Below, one piece after another: positions 17,288 through 26,821 of a DNA stretch of 62,164 bases. The first letter of the stretch is position 1, and every line of letters begins with the position of its first letter. Where the stretch lies: assembly GCA_036517175.1 (NCBI GenBank), contig DATDXQ010000002.1:1-62164 (forward strand), read 5' to 3'. A model generated the notes under the pieces. The model was not told where the DNA came from. It was given only the letters and a program-made list of their open reading frames with translations, and searched no databases. A program made the position numbers and the translations under genes. The stretch is from Minisyncoccota bacterium. GTDB lineage: Bacteria > Patescibacteriota > Minisyncoccia > 2-02-FULL-40-12 > IGHO2-01-FULL-4-A.

Positions 17288-19822
17288 ATGGATCAAATAA
17301 CAAAGTTTAAACAAAAAAAATATCTTGCGCTGTTTGTTTTAGCAATCGCTTTGTTATTTTTTTTAGTACCCCAACATAACGCATTGGCCGCGTGTCCTCT
17401 TAGTCCGACTGACTGTATGATTGGTCTCATAAATTGGTACAACGAAGCTCAGCTTCAAGTACTGGGCACTATTCTTGTTTGGTCAGCCAAAGCATTGGAA
17501 GCTTTTGTAAAACCAGAAACTCAAGCCATAATCACCAATACATCAGTAGTGGAGACCGGGTGGACTTTAATGAGGAACTTTGTAAACCTGTTCTTCATTT
17601 TAATCCTTATAATTATGGCCTTCGGGACCATATTTGATAATCCTAAATATAAGTTTAGTGCATTGCTCCCGTCATTTTTAATAGCTGCTGTACTAGTTAA
17701 TTTCAGTCTTGCCATTGGAGAATATATAGTTAGCATAAGCAATGGATTAGCCGCAGTGTTTTTAAGAGAAATATCCAATTTTTCTCAGGTAATTGCCGAT
17801 GGTTTTGCAGCAGGCAAATTAATTCCCTCGGAACAAACATTTACGGGTGCGGCCATGGCGAATATAACCAACGGTAGTTATAAGTTACTGGTTAATGCTA
17901 TTTTCGGATCGGTTTTTCTGATTATTGCGGTTCTGGCTTTTCTAACAGCATTTATATTTGCGCTAGTTAGGATACCCGTACTGTGGGTATTACTTATGGT
18001 TTCACCTGTCGCACTACTGGGTTACGCACTACCAAATCTTCGAGCCAAGACCTGGGGTACATGGTGGAATATGTTTTATTGTTGGTGTTTTTTTCTTCCT
18101 TTCTATATTTTCTTTCTTATGTTCGCCATAATATTTTTGCGAAACAAGATTGCTCTATCGGCAACCTTACCGGCCGCAGATAGCTTCTTCTCTACATTTG
18201 TAGGACCTGGCAGTGCATTTTCTGATTTATTATTCTATGTCCTAACGATGATTTTTATGTTCGGTGGCCTGTGGTATTCCAGAAAGATGGCATGCGCTGC
18301 CGGGAGCGGAGTAGGCAAGGTGTTCTCGACGATAGAATCCGGCGTACGTAAGTACACGCCTGGTGCAGGCTATGTAAGATCCCTTTACGGTGGTGCCAAA
18401 GAAGGCTTAGCTGCAAAAGGCAAAGAGTTTGGAGAAAAGGGTGTACCAATACCAGGAACGGCCTTTCGTTTTGGTGGAGCCAGGGAAGAAAGATTAAGAA
18501 CAGCGAGAATGGCCGAAGAATTTGGTTTTGGAGCAAATGTTGGTGTAGCAGATAAGACTAGGGCAGTTGAAATTGACAAGGAAATGAAAGCCATACGAGA
18601 ACTTGGTCTTACCAATGCAGAACTTAATGCAAGAATGAGCACAGCAAAGAATCCTATTGAGAGGGCTGCCGCATTTAGACTACGGGCTGAGAGTGGCTGG
18701 CTTGATAGCACAGACCAAGTCTTGTCGATAGATCTAATTAGAGCATTAGGCGGATCTAGAACAGGCTCAGGCGCAGCTCTTATGAACTCCATCAAGAAGG
18801 GTAGTTTTGAGAGAATGTTTTCAAGTCCAGCAGAAAAGGAAACCTTTGTAAGATCTGCCGCTTTGAATACTCCTGAACTTATCGAATTCAAAAAAATGCT
18901 GCTTCTTGATATGGCTCAGAATAGAGAATTGTTTGACGAGGCCCTTATTAAACAAACTCTGGATCTCTATAAATCTGACACTATTGAGATAAGGAAAAAG
19001 GTTACAGAAGCGCTCAAGAAAAACATATCAAATATTGCTTATGGTAAATCTACAACAGAAAAAGAAGCGCTGCTTAGCAGGCTTGGTACAATAGATTCAG
19101 ACTTGCAACGTGAATTCGCCACATCAATGGCAGAAAGCAAAGAAATTATGTCCGAATCAATGGCAATTTCTATTCTTGACATGTTTAAAGATGAGTCTAC
19201 CGAATCAAAAAAGAAAATAGAAGAAGCACTCAAAGACAGCATATCTAATTTTGCAAAGGATAAAACTTCCAGGGAAGCATTGGTTACCACCAGCACAGAT
19301 GTCAGAATAAGGAGAGCGGCCGCAAAGGCCATGATTGACAAAAAAGAGATTGATTCCTGGAAAATGCGCAGAGAAATAATTGGTTTATATGGAGGCATAG
19401 ATCCAACAAACGGAGAAGCAAGGACTATTGAAGGACGGCAACTAGCAAAGGATATCTCTGAAAGCAATATTTTATTTAAGGAAGAGGCTGAGTATCGCAA
19501 AGATCACCCCGCTCCAGCCACTTCTCACGCATTAGACTTGAATACTACTCAACGTACCGAACTTCACGAACAAATACTATCTAATATCGAGAACGGGGCA
19601 ATAACAAACTTCAGCACAGAGGAGCTTAAAACACCTGAGGTGTTTAACGCATTGTATTACGGCGTAAGATCGGGTCGTATTCCAATTGATAAATTCGATA
19701 GATTGGCAGGACTAAAAACAGGTGGTAAAAAAGGTGGCGGAAAACCAGATCGTAAAAAAAGAGAGGCCGGTGTAAAGATAGCAGATGCAGCATTTAGAGG
19801 AGGTAGCCCAATACCTTATTAA
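17288..19822 (+). CDS. Large polytopic membrane protein, VirB6/TrbL-like N-terminal half plus helical repeat C-terminal half
   Basis: About 7 TM segments in the first 340 aa. The position next to PrgI/VirB4 supports the call. An internal repeat is present (..IRKKVTEALKKNISNIA.. / ..SKKKIEEALKDSISNFA..). Confidence 0.45.
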   Translation: MDQITKFKQKKYLALFVLAIALLFFLVPQHNALAACPLSPTDCMIGLINWYNEAQLQVLGTILVWSAKALEAFVKPETQAIITNTSVVETGWTLMRNFVNLFFILILIIMAFGTIFDNPKYKFSALLPSFLIAAVLVNFSLAIGEYIVSISNGLAAVFLREISNFSQVIADGFAAGKLIPSEQTFTGAAMANITNGSYKLLVNAIFGSVFLIIAVLAFLTAFIFALVRIPVLWVLLMVSPVALLGYALPNLRAKTWGTWWNMFYCWCFFLPFYIFFLMFAIIFLRNKIALSATLPAADSFFSTFVGPGSAFSDLLFYVLTMIFMFGGLWYSRKMACAAGSGVGKVFSTIESGVRKYTPGAGYVRSLYGGAKEGLAAKGKEFGEKGVPIPGTAFRFGGAREERLRTARMAEEFGFGANVGVADKTRAVEIDKEMKAIRELGLTNAELNARMSTAKNPIERAAAFRLRAESGWLDSTDQVLSIDLIRALGGSRTGSGAALMNSIKKGSFERMFSSPAEKETFVRSAALNTPELIEFKKMLLLDMAQNRELFDEALIKQTLDLYKSDTIEIRKKVTEALKKNISNIAYGKSTTEKEALLSRLGTIDSDLQREFATSMAESKEIMSESMAISILDMFKDESTESKKKIEEALKDSISNFAKDKTSREALVTTSTDVRIRRAAAKAMIDKKEIDSWKMRREIIGLYGGIDPTNGEARTIEGRQLAKDISESNILFKEEAEYRKDHPAPATSHALDLNTTQRTELHEQILSNIENGAITNFSTEELKTPEVFNALYYGVRSGRIPIDKFDRLAGLKTGGKKGGGKPDRKKREAGVKIADAAFRGGSPIPY

Positions 19823-19845
19823 TCCTATTATATATAATTAATATT

Positions 19846-20340
19846 ATGGTACCAAAAGATTTCGAATTAAGTCCTTATTGGGTAGGAATATCAGATGCTC
19901 CTGGTTTTGATTGGGAAAAATTTCAAGATAAAATTGACAAAATATCAGAACCGCTTTTTTTCTTGCTGGTTGATGATGAAACTTCCGGTTTCATAAGTTC
20001 GATTGTACAAAAATATTCCCAACTTTCATCCAAGGGCAGCAATTTGGCCCGGTTGATACGTGATGTAGTAATAGGTGATATATTTATAGGGGATCTGCCT
20101 CAGGAACTGTCCAGAAGTACTGGCCTAGATCAATCAGCAGCTCGTGAAATTGCAAACACAGTTGTGTCACAACTTTTTTCTCCTATCTTAGATGAAATAA
20201 AAAAATTGCAGTCTGACAAATTCCCGGGCAGAGCCACGTTCAAACAACAACCAACAAGCATACCTCAACAAAATAGTCATTACCAAGGAGAGGATTTGCC
20301 GGAAAGCGGCGGGAACATAATAGATTTGAGAAATAAGTAA
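19846..20340 (+). CDS. Hypothetical protein
   Basis: ORF tightly packed in the cluster. No family recognised. Confidence 0.45.
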   Translation: MVPKDFELSPYWVGISDAPGFDWEKFQDKIDKISEPLFFLLVDDETSGFISSIVQKYSQLSSKGSNLARLIRDVVIGDIFIGDLPQELSRSTGLDQSAAREIANTVVSQLFSPILDEIKKLQSDKFPGRATFKQQPTSIPQQNSHYQGEDLPESGGNIIDLRNK

Positions 20341-20646
20341 ATGAGATTCCAAGTCCCACAATTCATAGAAACAGAAACCAAGATCATTGGTCCATTTACA
20401 TTAAAACAATTTTTGTATCTTGCTGCGGGAGCGGTCATATTATTTATTTTACAGTATGTCATAAGCTTGACCTATCTTATAATAGTTGCCGTTCCAATAG
20501 TCATAATATCAGTGGCTTTGGCGTTTTATAGGATTGACGGCATACCCCTAGCCAAGTATCTAATGATGGCATTGTCTTATGCCACAGGCCCCAAAAGATA
20601 TCAATTTAGAAAAAATGACACAGAAAACACAAGCACAATCAACTAA
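20341..20646 (+). CDS. PrgI-family small membrane protein (T4SS VirB3-like role)
   Basis: MRFQVPQFIETETKIIGPFTLKQFLYL.. followed by two TM segments matches the PrgI family pattern. Confidence 0.65.
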   Translation: MRFQVPQFIETETKIIGPFTLKQFLYLAAGAVILFILQYVISLTYLIIVAVPIVIISVALAFYRIDGIPLAKYLMMALSYATGPKRYQFRKNDTENTSTIN

Positions 20647-21259
20647 AGATTTTGTTGCGATCAACGATATTAGAGACAATGTCGCCATACTTAAGGATGG
20701 CTCTTTGCGTTCTGTAATAGAAGTCAGCTCAATGAATTTTGAACTTAAATCAGCCGATGAACAAACGGCCATAATACAGGCCTTCCAAAATTTTATAAAC
20801 TCGATAGACTTCCCGCTTCAAATAAACATCAGCTCGCGAAAACTTGATATACAACCGTACATAAAGTCGCTTGATACATTATCTACTGAAATTTCAAATG
20901 AATTAATGAAGATACAAGCAATTGAATATTCTCGTTTTATTAAGGGCCTCACTGAACTTGCCAATATTATGTCGAAAAAATTCTACGTGGTTATACCTCT
21001 GTATGCTATCGAAGCAGCTACCTCAACAGGAGGTACAGCAAAAGGATTTTTAGGAGTATTAAAGGGTGCTGTTAATCCAGGGGCAGCAACCAAAAATATC
21101 ACAGATCAAGAATTGCAAAACTACAAGATACAACTTGACCAAAGAATAGACTTTATAATGAATGGCATAGGAGGATTAGGCCTAGACGGACGTGTATTGC
21201 AAAAAGATGAGTTGATGAATTTTTATTATTCTTACTACAATCCAGGCAAACATTTATAG
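20615..21259 (+). CDS. VirB4/PrgJ-type N-terminal domain encoded as a separate ORF
   Basis: ..DFVAINDIRDNVAILKDGSLRSVIEVSSMNFELKSADEQTAIIQAF.. resembles the N-terminus of Gram-positive VirB4-like ATPases. The start is set to the internal Met. Confidence 0.5.
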   Translation: MTQKTQAQSTKDFVAINDIRDNVAILKDGSLRSVIEVSSMNFELKSADEQTAIIQAFQNFINSIDFPLQINISSRKLDIQPYIKSLDTLSTEISNELMKIQAIEYSRFIKGLTELANIMSKKFYVVIPLYAIEAATSTGGTAKGFLGVLKGAVNPGAATKNITDQELQNYKIQLDQRIDFIMNGIGGLGLDGRVLQKDELMNFYYSYYNPGKHL

Positions 21260-21261
21260 CC

Positions 21262-23046
21262 ATGTTTTCATTTTTATCTAAAAAATCAAAAAAAGTAACG
21301 CCAAGCGAGCCAGAGTCAAAAACCATTGACGATATTTTGGCTCCGTCTGCAGTAGATGTTTCCTCAAGCCATGTACAAATAGGCGATACTTTTGGTCGCA
21401 CAATATTTGTAACAACATATCCGAGGTACTTAAATACAAACTGGTTCTCACCTGTCATTAATATGGACCAACAGTTTAATGCTTCTATCTTCATACATCC
21501 AGAAGACACCTCTCGCATACTTAAGCAATTAAGGGACAAGATAGGCAGGTTTGAAGCCCAAGTTATGGAAGATGCAGCAGCAGGCAAAATTCGTGATCCC
21601 ATACTAGAAACAGCAATCGGAGATGCAGAATCCCTAAGAGACAAGCTTCAGCAGGGAACTGATAGGTTTTTTAGATTAGGTGTTTACATTACACTCTTTG
21701 GATCTTCCTTAAAAGAATTAGATGATATTGAAAATAAGGTAAGATCAATATTAGATGCTCAGCTAATCTACTCGAAACAGGCAACTTTTAGAATGAAGGA
21801 GGGATTTTTTTCAACCATGCCGATAGGCGATGATCAATTACAGATTCACAATTCACTTAATACTGAGCCTATTTCTTCGTTGTTTCCTTTTGTTTCATAC
21901 GATCTAACATCTGATACAGGAGTTTTGTACGGCATCAACACACACAACAATTCACTTGTACTTTTTGACAGGTTTAAACTTGAAAATGCCAATATGGTCA
22001 TATTTGGTAAGTCAGGAGGCGGTAAAAGTTATGCTGTTAAATTAGAGATCTTGAGAAGTCTGATGTTTGGAACACAGGTATTTGTCATAGATCCAGAAAA
22101 TGAATATAAGTTTCTAGCTGACACAGTCGGTGGTTCTTGGGCAAAAATATCAATAGCATCCCCACATCACATAAACCCGTTTGATTTACCTAGCCCACTA
22201 CCAGATGAGAGCCCCGCTGATGTCTTAAGATCACACATAATTAACTTATCAGGACTGTTTAAACTTATGTTAGGAGCCCTAAGCCCAGAGGAGGAAGCAA
22301 TACTAGATGAAGCTATAAACCAAACATATGCCATAAAGGACATAACACCAGCTACTGTTGACCTAAAGTCTTCAGAATCTCCCCTGATGTCTGATTTTCA
22401 AACAATACTTGAAGGTATGTCTGGAGCACAATCTTTGGCAATTCGAATTAAAAAATATACAGAAGGGACGTATTCAGGATTTTTAAATAACCGCACCAAC
22501 ATAGAACTGGGTAGCCAATTGATAGTTTTCAGCATTAGAGATATGGAGGAGGAGTTAAGACCTATAGCAATGTATCTGGTTCTTAATTTCATATGGACCC
22601 AGGTTAGAACTGAACTAAAAAAAAGATTATTGGTTGTTGACGAGGCATGGGTATTAATGAAGTACGATACTGGAGCTGCTTTTTTGTTTGATGTTGCCAA
22701 AAGGGCCCGTAAATATTACCTTGGCTTAACGACAATATCTCAAGATATTCCGGATTTCATGTCCTCACCTTATGGTAAGCCAATAGTTACAAACTCCTCT
22801 TTGCAACTACTAATGAAACAATCACCGGCTGCGATAGATCTTGTAAAAACAACCTTCAACCTTACTGATGCCGAAAAATTCTTCCTACTTGAATCCAGGG
22901 TTGGTCATGGAGTCTTTTTTGCTGGAACCAATCATGTTGCGTTAAGAATAGTGGCTTCATACGCTGAAGATCAAATAATAACTTCTGATCCCAGACAGAT
23001 ACTCGAAATAGAGGAAGCCAAAAAAGAGCTGGCTCAACAATCCTAA
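21262..23046 (+). CDS. VirB4-like conjugation/T4SS ATPase (central and ATPase domains)
   Basis: Walker A FGKSGGGKS and Walker B LLVVDEAW, plus an upstream ..IGDTFGRTIFV..YPRYL.. region. Confidence 0.8.
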   Translation: MFSFLSKKSKKVTPSEPESKTIDDILAPSAVDVSSSHVQIGDTFGRTIFVTTYPRYLNTNWFSPVINMDQQFNASIFIHPEDTSRILKQLRDKIGRFEAQVMEDAAAGKIRDPILETAIGDAESLRDKLQQGTDRFFRLGVYITLFGSSLKELDDIENKVRSILDAQLIYSKQATFRMKEGFFSTMPIGDDQLQIHNSLNTEPISSLFPFVSYDLTSDTGVLYGINTHNNSLVLFDRFKLENANMVIFGKSGGGKSYAVKLEILRSLMFGTQVFVIDPENEYKFLADTVGGSWAKISIASPHHINPFDLPSPLPDESPADVLRSHIINLSGLFKLMLGALSPEEEAILDEAINQTYAIKDITPATVDLKSSESPLMSDFQTILEGMSGAQSLAIRIKKYTEGTYSGFLNNRTNIELGSQLIVFSIRDMEEELRPIAMYLVLNFIWTQVRTELKKRLLVVDEAWVLMKYDTGAAFLFDVAKRARKYYLGLTTISQDIPDFMSSPYGKPIVTNSSLQLLMKQSPAAIDLVKTTFNLTDAEKFFLLESRVGHGVFFAGTNHVALRIVASYAEDQIITSDPRQILEIEEAKKELAQQS

Positions 23047-23063
23047 ATTGTTGTTTAAGATTT

Positions 23064-23732
23064 ATGAACAATGATCAAGCGTACTACAATCTCTCTTATT
23101 CTAGGTCTAAACAAAGTGAATCAGATGAGCTACGTCGTCAAGCAGACTTAAAACTCAAACCACCTTCAGGGCTTTTTTATGGTGCAATGTTCAGCCTTTC
23201 TATTATTGGTGATATAATAGACATAGCTGATGTTACCGGGGTTGGCGCAATTTTATCTTTTATAGTAGATCTTATAATAAGTGTCTTCATGATTTTGACA
23301 GGACGTATAGCCAAATCTAAGACTGATTCAATGCAAGATTTTAAAAATAGCGTAGCCGACAAGATGGAGCAGGTTGAGAGAAAGATTTCTGCCTATCGCA
23401 ACGCTTACGCTGGAGTTTTAAGAGCTTCGCGCAAGATTGGACCCCTAAGAAAACCTGTCAGGAAAATGGCACTACAGTTTTCTAGATTCAGAAAGTCTGT
23501 GGTTAGGAGTCCTTTCTCGAGAACAATACTTGCAGTTGTTGCTGACCTTGTCCCATTCCTGGGATTAGTTCCCTGGAGAACATGGAACACTTACAGCATA
23601 AGGAGGGATGAGCTAATGATTTATAATGAAACAAAAAAAATGTTGTCTGAATACGAAAATTTAAAACAAGAAGAGGTTGTTTCCCTAAGAGATTTAAGGG
23701 AACTTGAGTCTTTGCAACAAAATGAAGGATAA
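23064..23732 (+). CDS. Membrane protein, hypothetical
   Basis: Two TM segments followed by a basic/coiled region. Confidence 0.45.
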   Translation: MNNDQAYYNLSYSRSKQSESDELRRQADLKLKPPSGLFYGAMFSLSIIGDIIDIADVTGVGAILSFIVDLIISVFMILTGRIAKSKTDSMQDFKNSVADKMEQVERKISAYRNAYAGVLRASRKIGPLRKPVRKMALQFSRFRKSVVRSPFSRTILAVVADLVPFLGLVPWRTWNTYSIRRDELMIYNETKKMLSEYENLKQEEVVSLRDLRELESLQQNEG

Positions 23733-24801
23733 AATACTAAAACTCTCTGTGTTTTTACTTGTCATTATAGCTGTTTTTTTGACTGGTTATTTGTTTAACC
23801 AAAAAATAAATCCACTGAAACAGACTGCATTGCTGGATAATTCTTTGGTTTCAAGATTTAACCCCTCAGAAGAAAAAACCACAAGTCCTGTTAGTCTATC
23901 CAGCCTAACATCAGACAGCGCAAGTTTCCCCTTTATAAAAAACAGTGATGAGGTTTTTTTCTACTTGCCCAAGACAGGAGAAATAAAATCAATTTCACTA
24001 AAAAATCCGTCTGGTGGATCCAAATTAATAAGCAAGATAGAGCCTTATGCAAACTACATAAGCTGGGGAACGGACAAGCAGCTTATTGCAGGCTATAACT
24101 TTGGCAGTGTCTTCTATGACCTTGATTCAAATTTTTCTAAGAAATATGACTCCAATATCAAAAGGCCAGTACTATCTAGCGGTGGCGAATTTATTGCGTA
24201 TGCTTACACTGACCCAACTGAAAGTGATGGCAACATAAGTATCGCCGATCCTAGACTAGAGACACAAAAAAAAATTCTGCCAACACGTTTCAGTGACTGG
24301 CAGATAAGCTGGTTAAGCAAGGAAGTATTGTTTTTAATAAGACCTCCGACCCTTGAAGATACCTATTTTTCGGCCTTTACTTTGGACATAGGCAGCGGCA
24401 ATCTGCAAAAAAAAGTAGAACCAACCAAAGATCTCGAAATTGTTTGGCCTACCACATCAAAAAAACTGGCCTACTCCAACCTAGACAAGTTCACCCAAGA
24501 AAAGAAACTTACACTTATAGAACTTTCTAGCGGAGAAACAACAGTCGATCTACCCCCAGACTATTCAGCAGCAAAATGTGGCTGGGATATTTTGGACAGG
24601 GGAATTTTTTGCATAGATAATGGGGTTCTTGGATACTTCCAATTTTTAAAAGATTCTAGGACTAGTGAGTGGCAACAATATGACATACCAGGACTACCAA
24701 ACACAGCAAGAAACGTCAGAGTAAGCAGCACCGGGGAATATATTGTATTTCAAAACTATCAGGACGGTAGGCTATATGCGTTGAGAGTACCTTCGAGATA
24801 A
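23722..24801 (+). CDS. Secreted hypothetical protein, possibly beta-propeller-like
   Basis: N-terminal TM after MKDKILK and a repetitive beta-rich sequence. The family call is weak. Confidence 0.4.
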   Translation: MKDKILKLSVFLLVIIAVFLTGYLFNQKINPLKQTALLDNSLVSRFNPSEEKTTSPVSLSSLTSDSASFPFIKNSDEVFFYLPKTGEIKSISLKNPSGGSKLISKIEPYANYISWGTDKQLIAGYNFGSVFYDLDSNFSKKYDSNIKRPVLSSGGEFIAYAYTDPTESDGNISIADPRLETQKKILPTRFSDWQISWLSKEVLFLIRPPTLEDTYFSAFTLDIGSGNLQKKVEPTKDLEIVWPTTSKKLAYSNLDKFTQEKKLTLIELSSGETTVDLPPDYSAAKCGWDILDRGIFCIDNGVLGYFQFLKDSRTSEWQQYDIPGLPNTARNVRVSSTGEYIVFQNYQDGRLYALRVPSR

Positions 24802-24806
24802 ATATC

Positions 24807-26255
24807 TTAAAGTACTGTATTAGTCTCAGCCACCATGGTATTTTCTTGGTTTTTTAGAAAAATTATTTTCTTTAGATCTTGGATTTTAAATACTCCCAAA
24901 ATAACTAGCAGTGGGAAGTACGCCAAGGACATCAGTGAAGCTAAGATAAAACTATCTAGCAGGGGCATCGTTACTATTCCTGCTATCAACGCAGCCAAAA
25001 GGCATTTTGAAAAAACAGATTTTCCAATTACAGATCTTAGCTCTTTTCTGAGCAACCAATACATACCATAAATTATTATTGCTTCTGTAAGTAGGGTAAC
25101 ACCGGCCGTAGCAAAGTAGCTGTATTTTGGAATCAAAATGATATTCAAAAATACATTGGCTACTGCTCCCACCAAGTAGATAAACATTGCTTTTTTCTGC
25201 CTATTCAAAGCAATTATGGCGTTTCCTCCAAGATTACCAAAAAAGATGAGGAACATAGCAAGGCTAAGTATTTTAAGAACATGGCTTGCAGATGAAAAAT
25301 TATCTCCTCCAATAAAATAAATTATCCAATCTGACATTAAAAAAACATAGACAAGAAAGTAGAAGGCAAATATTGAAATAATATTAAAAGCATCTCTAAA
25401 TATCCTCAGAAACTCGAGAGTATTTTTAATTGCATTACGGGATAAGCCTGGCATTATTAATCCAATATAAATAGCTGGCAGGAATATAGCCATCTCAAGA
25501 ACTTTGTAAGCCGCTGAATAAACCCCCACATCATGCGCCGGCTTCATTATTGAAAGCAGCACTGTATCTAATTTGAAATAGATTAGCACAAGAACAAGAG
25601 AGATTGCGATAGGAATTGCTGTTTTGAGTGTTTCTTTGAAATAACCGAGGTCTATTGTTAATTTTATTTTCACAAGTTTCTGAGAAAAAATAAATATCAG
25701 GACAAAGTGAATAATCTCAGATATTGCAACTGCCAAAACAAATTCGATTAAACTTGCATTTAGTTTAACCATGACTAATATGATCGCAAGCTGAACTAAT
25801 CGCGACACAATATCAAAAATAGATACCCAATAAAGTCGGAGGTACTTTTGAAAAATTGCAACTAACACCTGAACAAGCAGAGAACCTAGAGAAAATATAG
25901 AAGCAACTAAGACACCTAGTTTAACCTGCATATCATATGGCATAGTAAACACCAGTGCGTTTGCAATTATCAGTACTGCCCCAGCCAGAATAAGCCTTAG
26001 GGTAAATATTTTGCTTGCTATTTTTTGTTCCTCCTTTTTGTCACTGATCCTAGATATTTCACGTATCATTATTGTATAGAGTCCCGTATCGGCTACAGCT
26101 GTAAAAATATAAAGATACCCAAAAATAGTACTATATCTTCCGAAACCATCAGGACCCAATACGCGAGTAAGAATACCTACTATAATCAAGCTCAGGAAGC
26201 CTATTAGACCCCTAGATAGGGTCGCTATGCCCATATTGTATGATACTTTATCCAT
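24807..26255 (-). CDS. MOP-superfamily flippase (Wzx/MurJ-like polysaccharide biosynthesis protein)
   Basis: 482 aa with about 14 TM segments and the typical N-terminal ..LSLIIVGILTRVLGPDGFG. Confidence 0.6.
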   Translation of the reverse strand: MDKVSYNMGIATLSRGLIGFLSLIIVGILTRVLGPDGFGRYSTIFGYLYIFTAVADTGLYTIMIREISRISDKKEEQKIASKIFTLRLILAGAVLIIANALVFTMPYDMQVKLGVLVASIFSLGSLLVQVLVAIFQKYLRLYWVSIFDIVSRLVQLAIILVMVKLNASLIEFVLAVAISEIIHFVLIFIFSQKLVKIKLTIDLGYFKETLKTAIPIAISLVLVLIYFKLDTVLLSIMKPAHDVGVYSAAYKVLEMAIFLPAIYIGLIMPGLSRNAIKNTLEFLRIFRDAFNIISIFAFYFLVYVFLMSDWIIYFIGGDNFSSASHVLKILSLAMFLIFFGNLGGNAIIALNRQKKAMFIYLVGAVANVFLNIILIPKYSYFATAGVTLLTEAIIIYGMYWLLRKELRSVIGKSVFSKCLLAALIAGIVTMPLLDSFILASLMSLAYFPLLVILGVFKIQDLKKIIFLKNQENTMVAETNTVL

Positions 26256-26269
26256 AGGGGCTTATGTTT

Positions 26270-26315
26270 AATAAATAAACCTCCGCGCAAGATATTGAGC
26301 GGAGGTTTATTTATT
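26270..26315 (-). terminator. Long-stem intrinsic terminator after jag
   Basis: A 17-bp stem AATAAATAAACCTCCGC / GCGGAGGTTTATTTATT. Confidence 0.5.
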
Positions 26316-26326
26316 AAACTTTGTTA

Positions 26327-26821
26327 CTATATAATTCCAACTTGAGGTTTAATCACTATTCGACGGTGAGGTTCTTGACCAATACTTTCTGTTTCAATTT
26401 CTTTAAGTGCCGCTAATTCCATGTGAACCATGCGTCTTTCATAAGCATTCATAGGAAAAAGTGCCTCTGCAACTTGGGTTTCCTTAACTCTTTTGGCAGC
26501 AGCTAGAGCACCTTCCACCAAGTAATTTGATCGCAATTTTCTATAATCATTAATGTCTAGAACAAAATTACCCTGATCTTCGTTATCACTACCTATCCCA
26601 AAACCTATTTTTTTATTTACCAACAATCGTGCTATGTGATCTAGAGCATTTAGATTCTGGCCATTCTTGCCTATAAGTATACCCGATTCAGATTCTGAAT
26701 CTACTGAAACAGTAACAAACTCCGGGTTGTTTTCTTTGAGTTTTACTTCACCAGTAAAACCAACTTTTTCAAGCAGATTTTTTACCGTTTCTATTATAAT
26801 ATTTTTGGTTTCTTCTTTCAT
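26327..26821 (-). CDS. Jag/KhpB-like RNA-binding protein (KH + R3H)
   Basis: ..IGKNGQNLNALDH.. (KH) and ..YERRMVHMEL.. (R3H). It lies downstream of yidC. Confidence 0.7.
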   Translation of the reverse strand: MKEETKNIIIETVKNLLEKVGFTGEVKLKENNPEFVTVSVDSESESGILIGKNGQNLNALDHIARLLVNKKIGFGIGSDNEDQGNFVLDINDYRKLRSNYLVEGALAAAKRVKETQVAEALFPMNAYERRMVHMELAALKEIETESIGQEPHRRIVIKPQVGII

